Under the pieces are notes generated by a model. That model saw only the letters and a program-made list of their open reading frames with translations, was not told where the DNA came from and ran no database searches. 32,000 bases of DNA from Vulcanisaeta distributa DSM 14429 (GTDB lineage Archaea > Thermoproteota > Thermoprotei > Thermoproteales > Thermocladiaceae): assembly GCF_000148385.1 (NCBI RefSeq), contig NC_014537.1, forward strand, positions 1,500,001 to 1,532,000, written 5' to 3'. This document shows positions 1-7,931 of the stretch, piece by piece. The number at the start of each line of letters is the position of its first letter. The first letter of the stretch is position 1. The translations under genes were made by a program, and so were the position numbers.

Positions 1-320
1 CCACTCATAGCGTAGTGAGGCACCACAACGACCTTTTTAGCCGGGTGTGCCTTAAGGGCCTTGGCTATCTGTGATGCAGCAAGCACAAGACCGCCTGGCG
101 TGTGTAAAATGAGCATTATAGGCATGCTTGGTGGGGTTGTCTTAATGGCCCTTATAACGGCCTCAGAATCCTCAATGTCTATATACCTATATATCGGAAC
201 ACCAAGAAGCCCAATCTTCTCCTGCCTATGTATCATTGTTATTACCCTAAACCCATACTTACGCTCCATTAACTCTATGAGCCTTAACCTTGCGTGCTGC
301 AATGACCCATTGATAACCAT
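1..320 (-). CDS. SDH-family (ClpP-fold, PF01972-like) serine protease, N-terminal part; the gene runs off the left edge
   Basis: Absent from the ORF track because the window edge truncates it. My reverse-complement translation from the ATG at 320-318 is open to position 1: MVINGSLQHARLRLIELMERKYGFRVITMIHRQEKIGLLGVPIYRYIDIEDSEAVIRAIKTTPPSMPIMLILHTPGGLVLAASQIAKALKAHPAKKVVVVPHYAMSG. The ITMIHR ... ILHTPGG ... HYAMSG pattern matches what I recall for this family. The listed + ORF 61..339 is its antisense shadow. Confidence 0.7.
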   Translation of the reverse strand, partial: MVINGSLQHARLRLIELMERKYGFRVITMIHRQEKIGLLGVPIYRYIDIEDSEAVIRAIKTTPPSMPIMLILHTPGGLVLAASQIAKALKAHPAKKVVVVPHYAMS

Positions 321-500
321 GGCGATAGCATTGCTATGAAGAGTAGTATCCAGAATAGGTAACCGAGTATGTCTGTGTATACATCGAGAATCATTGAAAA
401 AGTATCATTAGTATATTTTAAAGCATTATCAGGCACTTCATGGTTCTAGTGGTATAATATTTTAATATTATTTCTAATTAACAATTCACGGGATCGTCAA

Positions 501-1568
501 ATGAGTAAGTACTCATTAATGATGGGTAGTGAGGCCCTGGTCCGTGGCGCCATTTACGCAGGCGTTAGGTTCTACGCTGGCTACCCAATAACGCCGGCAA
601 CGGAGATCGCTGAGTACATGTCCCAGTTATTGCCCAGGGTAGGCGGTATCTTCGTGCAGACTGAGGATGAGTTGGCGGCTATAAACATGGCCATTGGCGC
701 CTCAGTGGCTGGTTGAAAGTCCATGGTCGCCACTAGTGGGCCAGGCTTCTCATTGATGCAGGAGGGTATTGGGCATGCCATTAATGCTGAGGTGCCATTA
801 TTAATCGTTGATGTACAGAGGGGAGGCCCATCAACCGGTCAGCCAACAATGCCATCGCAACAAGACGTTTTTCAGGCCAGGTACGGCTCCCATGGGTCTT
901 ACGAGATAATAGTCCTAAGTCCCAGTAATGTCCAGGAATTGTTCTATTTAACAATAGACGCAGTTAACCTGTCGGAGCAATACCGCACACCAGTGATATT
1001 ACTCACGGAAGAGGTCACCGTACATCTGTGGGAAAAGATCTACGTGCCAGACCCTGGAGAATACCCGGTGCTACCCCACGTCACGCCACCTACACATGGT
1101 GATGAGGGGTTCTTACTTGAAAGTCAGCTTCATGATGAGAGGGGCTATAACGTGGCTAATGACCCTGAATTGTCGGCTAGGGCATTATGGCGGTTGATAA
1201 GGAAAATTAGGGATAATGTGGATAAGATATCGAGAATTGAGGTTAAGTATGTGGAGGATGACCCCGAGGTCTTCATAGCGTCCTATGGATGTACAGCAAG
1301 GTCGGCGCTGGCGGCCGTTAAGATGCTTCGGTGGGATGGCTATAAAGTCGGCTTCCTACGGCTTGTGACACTCTGGCCATTCCCAGAGGGTGCCATTAAA
1401 AATGCCATAAGGGGTGCGAATACCATTATCGTGCCTGAGATGAACGCTGGTTATATGGCTAATGAATTCAGGATGCTCGGCTTAAATGTTGTACCGATTC
1501 CAAAGCTTGGCGGTGAAATGCTAACACCAGAGGAAATATACAATGTCGCCAGAGGTATTATCTCATGA
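501..1568 (+). CDS. 2-oxoacid:ferredoxin oxidoreductase alpha subunit (four-subunit type), interrupted by an in-frame TGA at 714-716
   Basis: ORFs 501..716 and 723..1568 share a frame (723-501=222). The joined product reads ...AINMAIGASVAG*KSMVATSGPGFSLMQEGIGHA..., so the stop sits just before the conserved ATSGPG block. The N-terminal GYPITPATEI motif is present. The 3' end overlaps the beta gene by 4 nt (ATGA). Confidence 0.85.
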
Positions 1569-2404
1569 ACCCACTCATTCGGAAGTACCTACGCAGTGAG
1601 TATGCCCAGGGTAAGAGGAGGACAATATTCTGCCCCGGATGCGGTAATGGTATAATACTTGGGTACTTCATTAGGGCCATAGATGAGTTAAAGCGTGAGG
1701 GCAGGTTTGATGATTCCAAGCTATACATAGTGACGGGCATTGGGTGTTCAGGCAATATACCAGTACCGCTTAAATACAACATCGTACGCGCACTTCACGG
1801 TAGGGCATTGTCAGTCGCCACAGGCATAAAGCTTGTTAGACCCGATAGCGAGGTTGTGGTGTTTGCTGGCGATGGTGATTTATTGTCAATAGGCGGCAAT
1901 CACTTAATACATACAATAAGGAGGAACGTTGGTATAAAGGTCATCCTTGTCAACAACATGCTCTACGGTATGACCGGCGGTCAAGTAGCCCCAACAACGC
2001 CCATGGATGCCATAACTCACACGACACCCTACGGCAACCCAGAACCACCACTTGACGCCTGTAGATTAGCGGTATCGCTCGGCGCCACCTACGTAGCCAG
2101 GTGGGCAGTACCACTGGCTAAGCAGTGCATTCAATCAATTAAGGAGTTACTGCTTCATAGAGGCTTCGGCCTACTTGAATGCTTATCCCAATGCCCCGTC
2201 TATCAGGGCAGGTACGTAATCGGCATCGATAGGCCTTCAAAGATAATGGATTACTTCCTGAAGATAACCGTAGTATCTAATGAGCCGAGGTATGGGGATA
2301 AAATCATTATTGGCAAGTTTGCGGATTACGAAAGGCCAACCTATGAGGAGATCATGTGGGGTATAATGAGTAGGGTGAGGGAGGATGGTGGTCATGAGGC
2401 GTAA
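1565..2404 (+). CDS. 2-oxoacid:ferredoxin oxidoreductase beta subunit (TPP-binding)
   Basis: 279 aa. It has an N-terminal CPGCG cysteine motif and the TPP-binding GDGD...N region (VFAGDGDLLSIGGNHLIHTIRRNVGIKVILVNN). It is overlap-coupled to the alpha gene upstream and the delta gene downstream. Confidence 0.9.
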   Translation: MNPLIRKYLRSEYAQGKRRTIFCPGCGNGIILGYFIRAIDELKREGRFDDSKLYIVTGIGCSGNIPVPLKYNIVRALHGRALSVATGIKLVRPDSEVVVFAGDGDLLSIGGNHLIHTIRRNVGIKVILVNNMLYGMTGGQVAPTTPMDAITHTTPYGNPEPPLDACRLAVSLGATYVARWAVPLAKQCIQSIKELLLHRGFGLLECLSQCPVYQGRYVIGIDRPSKIMDYFLKITVVSNEPRYGDKIIIGKFADYERPTYEEIMWGIMSRVREDGGHEA

Positions 2405-2633
2405 GCCGACTGTGATTAGGATTGACGTGGATAAGTACCTATGCAAGGGTTGCTACATATGCGTTGATAAGTGCCCGACGAAGGTGTTTGAGGTGTCAGA
2501 CATTGTCGGTGATTACGGGGCATTCCTGCCCGTGGCTAAGTACGTGGAGAGGTGCATTGATTGTGGAATTTGCGAGCTTTACTGCCCTGACTATGCAATA
2601 ACGATTATCAGGGGTGGTGAGGGTGAGGCTTGA
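2385..2633 (+). CDS. 2-oxoacid:ferredoxin oxidoreductase delta subunit (2x[4Fe-4S] ferredoxin-like)
   Basis: 82 aa with two CxxCxxCxxxCP motifs (CKGCYICVDKCP and CIDCGICELYCP). It overlaps both neighbouring genes. The true start may be the ATG at 2394. Confidence 0.9.
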   Translation: MVVMRRKPTVIRIDVDKYLCKGCYICVDKCPTKVFEVSDIVGDYGAFLPVAKYVERCIDCGICELYCPDYAITIIRGGEGEA

Positions 2634-3222
2634 GGTCAGGTTTGCTGGCTTTGGTGGTCAGGGCGTGATTACGGCTGGCAGGTTATTGGCGTTAATTGTG
2701 ATTGAGGCCGACCCAAGCTTATACGTGGTCTATAGCCCATCATATGGCTTCCAAACCCGCGGCGGTGACGCATTATCAGACGTAATAATCAGTGATGAGG
2801 AGATAGACTACCCAAAGGCTAGGAGGTTAGACCGGGCATTCCTACTCACACAACCGGCGTATAACAAGTACTGTGGTTATGTTAAGGATGACGGGCTTAT
2901 AGTCATTGACGACCACGTTAATAAGGCCGACAAAACGCAATGCGGCGTTAAGAGGCACCGTGAATTAAGTATAATAGCCAATGCAAGGCTAATGGGCAAT
3001 GACGTATTCGCATCAACAATAATACTAGGTGCGGCAATAAACTACCTAAGCAATACCGAGCTACTAAAGGGTAAGTTATCGCTAGAACAATCAAAACGAG
3101 TAATTACTAATTACTTCAGGGAAACATTAATAGGCAGGAGGACAGGGACCGAAGAAATAATTAATAAGAATATCAAGGCACTGGAGATTGGTTATAAAAT
3201 AATGCAGATGAGCCCCTTTTAA
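2614..3222 (+). CDS. 2-oxoacid:ferredoxin oxidoreductase gamma subunit
   Basis: 202 aa with a GTG start overlapping the delta gene. The N-terminal RFAGFGGQGVITAG motif is typical of OFOR gamma subunits. It is the last gene of the operon and is followed by a T-rich AT tract. Confidence 0.85.
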   Translation: MVRVRLEVRFAGFGGQGVITAGRLLALIVIEADPSLYVVYSPSYGFQTRGGDALSDVIISDEEIDYPKARRLDRAFLLTQPAYNKYCGYVKDDGLIVIDDHVNKADKTQCGVKRHRELSIIANARLMGNDVFASTIILGAAINYLSNTELLKGKLSLEQSKRVITNYFRETLIGRRTGTEEIINKNIKALEIGYKIMQMSPF

Positions 3223-3256
3223 TTTAAAATAAATTTATCTGTACATAACATAAATA

Positions 3257-3736
3257 TTAATCGGCACCGTAATACTCCTCAGACTGCTTTGGCATTGCCA
3301 ACTCAGCCATCCTCGATATTATCCTATCCTCGCAAATGACGTCATCGGATGTTAATACACCACATGGATTACCCCTATCATCAACCACAAGCAAGTGCTT
3401 AACGCCATACTCGCTCATCAACATGGCAGCCCTATAAATACTATCACTTAACCTCACGGAAACCAACCTATTGAATGAGCAGCATTGACCAACACTCACA
3501 TTTAGATTACCTACCTTTCCTATAGTCCTTAATATGTCACTAGCGGTAACAATACCCACGGCCTTACCCCCATCATCAACCACCAATAGGTAATCGGTAT
3601 TCTCCCTAATCATCAATTCAATCGCATCCCTGACAGATGCTTTGGCATTAATGATTACTTCCTTCCTCCTGAGTACTTTGTCAACAGTAGTACTCATCAG
3701 GGCAATGGGTAAATGAACAATATATAAGGATTCCAA
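3257..3736 (-). CDS. CBS-domain pair protein
   Basis: 159 aa with two CBS-like repeats (DAIELM...LLVVDDGGKAVGIVTASDILR and RAAMLMSEYGVKHLLVVDDRGNPCGVLTSDDV). The real start may be the internal Met at MSTTV. Confidence 0.8.
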   Translation of the reverse strand: MESLYIVHLPIALMSTTVDKVLRRKEVIINAKASVRDAIELMIRENTDYLLVVDDGGKAVGIVTASDILRTIGKVGNLNVSVGQCCSFNRLVSVRLSDSIYRAAMLMSEYGVKHLLVVDDRGNPCGVLTSDDVICEDRIISRMAELAMPKQSEEYYGAD

Positions 3737-4141
3737 TGAATATCCTACTTACACTAAGCGAAGGCTTTATAAATATAATAGGTTAATATTCAAATGAATT
3801 ACAACAAATATCAATATTAAAAGCACTTAGCCACGTTTAGTAATAATGAACCACCGCCTATAGACAACACGTAAGAAAGACCAGTCTCATCAAAGTTAGT
3901 ACACTCATGCATTGCATACGCAGTCGTTTGGTATCGTAAGTGAGGTCTCATCTTATTTTACCAAGACTAAGCCATTATATATCGTACTTAAAACTTCACG
4001 GAATATTATAATGTCTTTATTAATTCAATTCACTTTAATAATTTCCAAAGCCTCCATCAACTCTAACAATACTCACATACTCATAAAGAGTAAACTTAAG
4101 TCAATTAATACCTAATTAATAAGTTTACTATTCTATCCTAC

Positions 4142-4921
4142 TTAGTATAAATTGCCATGTCTTCCCGCCCCTTCCTTGAATCGTTTCACGCCATCGTATA
4201 TTTCGCCAGTCCTTATCGACCTTAATCCACGTTTCATCTCGATGATTAAACCCTCGCTCAACGGCTTACCCAAGCCCTCGTACACGGCGAGCCTATCATT
4301 CCTAAGGGTCTCCTGAGGATACCCACTAATTAACTCCGCAACTTCGATAGACTTATCAAGGGCCTTACCCTCATTAACCAGGTAATTAACCAAGCCCCAT
4401 TGGTAAGCCTCCTCAGCGCTTATCAATCGCCCAGTGAGTATTAGGTCAAGGGCCCTACCAAGCCCCACAATCCTCACAAGCCTCTGGGTACCACCATCAA
4501 CCAGCGGAACGCCGAACCTCCTCTCCAGGAAGCCGAACTTGGCGGTTTTATCGGCAACCCTAATATCAGCCCACAGGGCGATCTCAAGTCCTCCGGCAAC
4601 GCAATAACCACTAATTGCGGCTATGACGGGCTTAGAAAGCCTAAGCCTGGTGAAGCCCAGTGGTCCCTCGGGATTAGGCACCCTATTCATTAATCGGTCA
4701 ATGTCGTATAGGTCAGCCCCGGAGCTAAAGTTACCACCAGCCCCTGTTATTATGCCAACGTATAGGTCGGGGTTATTTTCGAAGTAAGTCCAGGCCCTAT
4801 AAAGCTCCTCGGCGGTGTCAGCATCGATGGCGTTCCTACGCTCAGGCCTATTAATGGTGACTATGAAGACACGGCCCCTCACCTCAACAATGATATTCCT
4901 ATAACCCATCACTCGACTCAC
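4142..4921 (-). CDS. enoyl-CoA hydratase/isomerase (crotonase) family protein
   Basis: 259 aa with crotonase signatures: ITINRPERRNA, GAGGNFSSGADL and ISGYCVAGGLEIALWADIRVA. The track start is GTG. The ATG at 4909 (MGYRNII) is an equally good start. Confidence 0.85.
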   Translation of the reverse strand: MSRVMGYRNIIVEVRGRVFIVTINRPERRNAIDADTAEELYRAWTYFENNPDLYVGIITGAGGNFSSGADLYDIDRLMNRVPNPEGPLGFTRLRLSKPVIAAISGYCVAGGLEIALWADIRVADKTAKFGFLERRFGVPLVDGGTQRLVRIVGLGRALDLILTGRLISAEEAYQWGLVNYLVNEGKALDKSIEVAELISGYPQETLRNDRLAVYEGLGKPLSEGLIIEMKRGLRSIRTGEIYDGVKRFKEGAGRHGNLY

Positions 4922-6294
4922 TAAATCAACTTACCCCTATTCATTATATTATTTCTGTCAATTAACTCCTTAATACTCCTCAGTAAATCATATTGCCTAC
5001 CCATCTCGGCCCTCACGAAATCCCTCTTCAGGATGCCCGTACCGTGGTGATGGCTTATGGTCGCACCAACATTACTAGCCACACTAAAAGCCTCCCTCCA
5101 AACCCTCCAGTACACATCCTCGTCCTGCCTAAAAACAACAACACTGTAGAGCGACGCCCCATTTAGGTATAGGTGCGTTATCCTCGAGAGTACGTGGTAA
5201 ACACCATCGATAAAGCCAAGCCTATTCACCAACTCAGTGTGTAACTTTATCAGCTTGCTCCAGGTCGTAGCCATGTCTATGGTGTCAACCCAAAGACCTG
5301 ACTGAGCAAGCATCATTAATTGTGCTTCATAACCTCTGGCAAAGGCATCCCTCCACTTCCTAACTAGCCCAGGCTCAACATGGGCTGCGCCGTGTTTAAT
5401 GGCTAGGTTGTTAATCACGTTACTTACCGCATTGACTAATTCCTCGTTATACCACCTAACCCTTACCAGGGCTATGACGCCATCCTCACCAACCATAAAC
5501 CTGCTGCTCTCCCTATCGTGAATAACGACTCTACAAGGCCCCGGCACATTGATTGCGAGACCACGGGCAAAGTGAATGGCATCTTCAAGGCCCTTAAACA
5601 CGTAGGCCAGGTCAACGTAGTAATTAGCTAACGGCTTAACCTTAAGCATTGCCCTAACAATTATGCCGAGCACGCCATCGGAGCCTATGAACAAACCCCT
5701 AAGGTCAGGCCAGGAGGTCCTAATGAATTCTCCAGGGCCTATCGTAACCAACTCACCATTGGGTAGTACGACATCGAGAGCCAGCACTAACTCGTTAATA
5801 TTACTCATGCTGTGTGAACCCGTGCCTCCATGGGCTATTGCGCCGCCTATCGTGAGTAATTGAAATGATTGTGGGTGGTAATCCAGGGTATAACCCCTTT
5901 CATTAAGCCACTTCTCAATGTCAATGACCCTGGCACCAGCCTCAACAATTATTGTCAAGTCCTCCTCATTGAACTCTAAGATCCTATTTAGCTTAGTCAT
6001 ATCAATCACGACACAGCCATCGTGATACGCACCACCAACAACACTAGACCCGCCACCATATGGAACGAGGCACACACCATACTTATTAGCGAGCTTAACA
6101 ACATTAATCACATCATCAATATCCCTAGGCCTAATAATGGCTGGAGGTGGATTAGGGACGCGCCCAAGGACTTCCCTAAGCATGAGTAATGGCCACCAAT
6201 CCCTCCTGAACACTAATAATTCATGACCCTCCCTAATGACATTATCCCTGCCAATCAGCTTCTCGGTCTCTCTAAGGAAATTTGATAAATCCAC
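4921..6294 (-). CDS. FAD-linked oxidase (PCMH-type FAD-binding domain; GlcD / D-lactate dehydrogenase / alkyl-DHAP-synthase-like)
   Basis: 457 aa. VPYGGGSSVVGG and the following FAD-binding-4-like region are present, plus a C-terminal HHHGTG motif typical of this family. GTG start. It is co-oriented and contiguous with the crotonase gene. Confidence 0.8.
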   Translation of the reverse strand: MDLSNFLRETEKLIGRDNVIREGHELLVFRRDWWPLLMLREVLGRVPNPPPAIIRPRDIDDVINVVKLANKYGVCLVPYGGGSSVVGGAYHDGCVVIDMTKLNRILEFNEEDLTIIVEAGARVIDIEKWLNERGYTLDYHPQSFQLLTIGGAIAHGGTGSHSMSNINELVLALDVVLPNGELVTIGPGEFIRTSWPDLRGLFIGSDGVLGIIVRAMLKVKPLANYYVDLAYVFKGLEDAIHFARGLAINVPGPCRVVIHDRESSRFMVGEDGVIALVRVRWYNEELVNAVSNVINNLAIKHGAAHVEPGLVRKWRDAFARGYEAQLMMLAQSGLWVDTIDMATTWSKLIKLHTELVNRLGFIDGVYHVLSRITHLYLNGASLYSVVVFRQDEDVYWRVWREAFSVASNVGATISHHHGTGILKRDFVRAEMGRQYDLLRSIKELIDRNNIMNRGKLI

Positions 6295-6395
6295 AATTAG
6301 CGTATAATAAACATAAATTAAATGCTATAGCACTATATAAGGTATATTTCCCATATAAACACAAACAATAAATCATAAACAAGGCATCACTAAGT

Positions 6396-7475
6396 ATGCC
6401 AGGTTGGAAGCTGGCTTGGGAGGGTAGCATTAAGGAATTTCCTGACCTTACCGAGAGGGTTTGGGTCACGGAGCGACCACCGGGTGGTTGTTACAACTAT
6501 ATAGCATTGAGGGAGGTTAGGGGTAAGAACGTGACGTATCCACACCCAGTATTGATATTGCCGGGCATGACGTCGCATGGAGAGCAGTTGATCCATGTTT
6601 CGTGGCATGGAATACAACCAATAGAACCAGCGATACCAGACTCCATGATACCCATATACCTAGCAAGGCAGGGCTACCTGGTATATACTATTGATTACAG
6701 GACTCACTTCGTACTTCCAGATGTTAAGGACTTATCATTCATGGTTGATTGGGGTTGGGATGCATGGTTAAGCGATATCAGAGAAACAATCAATATGATT
6801 AAGGAGATTACCGGTAAGGATAAGGTCGTACTAATTGGGGAGAGCTTTGGCGGGATTGCCTCGATGAACTACGTAACGGCTTACCCAAACGATGTGAGGG
6901 CAATAGTGCTACTGGATGGTGTGCCAATAAGGTCCTCCGTGCTCCAGGCACTACCCATACGTAGCATTGAGGAGCTCAGGTCAAGCAAGTTATACGCAGT
7001 CCCCTCAATCTTAACAGGCGCTAAATACCCAGGCAGCATCATGAACACGGTATGGCTCAAGGCATTATACAACCCAACACTACCAAGCCCAGAACCCGGC
7101 TTCAGGACATTGAGTGACTACCTAATGAACATAGCCTATAACCAGGGACTGGCAAACCCATACTCATACCCAAACTCACCACCCCAAGCCATATTTGCCG
7201 TGATGGCAACGCTAGACCCGTACTGGCCTACGAGGCTGTTCATAGAGCCAATGGACCAGTTCAGGGCTAAGTACACGGAGGTTAAGGTACCAATACTCGC
7301 AGTGATAAGTGGATTATTCGGAATGAGGGCTGCCGACATCGACCTTATGAGGAGATTAACAAGCGACATAATAATACTTGATGGCTATGGACACCTAGAT
7401 GTTTATGCAAACCCGAATAATGTTAAGGATGTTAATGAGCCTGTTCATAACTGGCTTGTTAGGGTTAAGGATTGA
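6396..7475 (+). CDS. alpha/beta-fold hydrolase (esterase/lipase-like)
   Basis: 359 aa with the nucleophile elbow VVLIGESFGG (GxSxG) and a late GYGHLD segment that could supply the catalytic His. No signal peptide is evident. Confidence 0.7.
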   Translation: MPGWKLAWEGSIKEFPDLTERVWVTERPPGGCYNYIALREVRGKNVTYPHPVLILPGMTSHGEQLIHVSWHGIQPIEPAIPDSMIPIYLARQGYLVYTIDYRTHFVLPDVKDLSFMVDWGWDAWLSDIRETINMIKEITGKDKVVLIGESFGGIASMNYVTAYPNDVRAIVLLDGVPIRSSVLQALPIRSIEELRSSKLYAVPSILTGAKYPGSIMNTVWLKALYNPTLPSPEPGFRTLSDYLMNIAYNQGLANPYSYPNSPPQAIFAVMATLDPYWPTRLFIEPMDQFRAKYTEVKVPILAVISGLFGMRAADIDLMRRLTSDIIILDGYGHLDVYANPNNVKDVNEPVHNWLVRVKD

Positions 7476-7532
7476 CTGGAATTAATAAAAAGCAAATTTA
7501 AGTCCCCTGGATTTTCATCTTTAAGAAAGGCC

Positions 7533-7878
7533 ATGGGCATTACGAAGGTTAAGGTGTTAATAAAGAACCCGGAGACTGGGCGAGTCGTGATGTGGAGTTG
7601 ATAGTGGATACCGGCAGTGTTTTACCTGGATTAATAAGGATACTCTGGAGTCAATTAGCATTAAACCGAGTAGGGTCAGGCAGTTTAGGACCATAGATGG
7701 TAAGGTGGTTATGAGGAGTGTTAGCTTGGTCACAATTAGGTATGAGGGTGATGTTGAGGTGGTATTTGGCGAGTCTGGTGATGCGGAGGTCCTCGGTGTT
7801 ACGGCACTCGAAACATTGGGCTTAGAGATCGTCTCAGTTAGTGGTAAATTGAAATATGTGGGTCACCTGGCACTGTAG
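7533..7878 (+). pseudogene. retropepsin-like (clan AA) aspartic protease, disrupted by two single-nucleotide frameshifts
   Basis: No ORF of 60 aa or more is listed here. Stitching three frames by hand gives MGITKVKVLIKNPETGRVV / DVELIVDTGSV / FTWINKDTLESISIKPSRVRQFRTIDGKVVMRSVSLVTIRYEGDVEVVFGESGDAEVLGVTALETLGLEIVSVSGKLKYVGHLAL*. The frame changes fall near 7587-7589 and 7619-7621, the second at a T4 run. The DTG active-site motif and LGVTALE tail are typical of small archaeal and bacterial retropepsin-like proteins. Confidence 0.65.
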
Positions 7879-7931
7879 ATAAAGGCCTAATGACCTCCTA
7901 TTTCTAAAGCCCTTAGGTTATTTCCTTTAAG

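Noticed and set aside
61-339. 92-aa + strand ORF at the left edge
   Set aside because: It lies entirely antisense to a minus-strand reading frame that translates into a recognisable SDH-family protease N-terminus. Its own product is low-complexity and hydrophobic with no motif.
714-716. TGA in the OFOR alpha gene read as selenocysteine
   Set aside because: The aligned position is not a redox-active Cys in this enzyme family. To my knowledge Crenarchaeota lack Sec machinery. I cannot evaluate a SECIS element by eye. Read-through or mutation remain as alternatives in the findings.
3880-3956. Two minus-strand GATGAGAC elements considered as C and C' boxes of a C/D sRNA
   Set aside because: No CUGA D or D' boxes occur at the required spacing, and the first element deviates from RUGAUGA. 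They are kept only as an unexplained direct repeat in the gap finding.
3912-4115. 67-aa + strand ORF in the 405-bp gap
   Set aside because: The product is very AT-rich and low-complexity (runs of I/K/N/S/L), no TATA box sits at the right distance, and it looks like a composition artefact.
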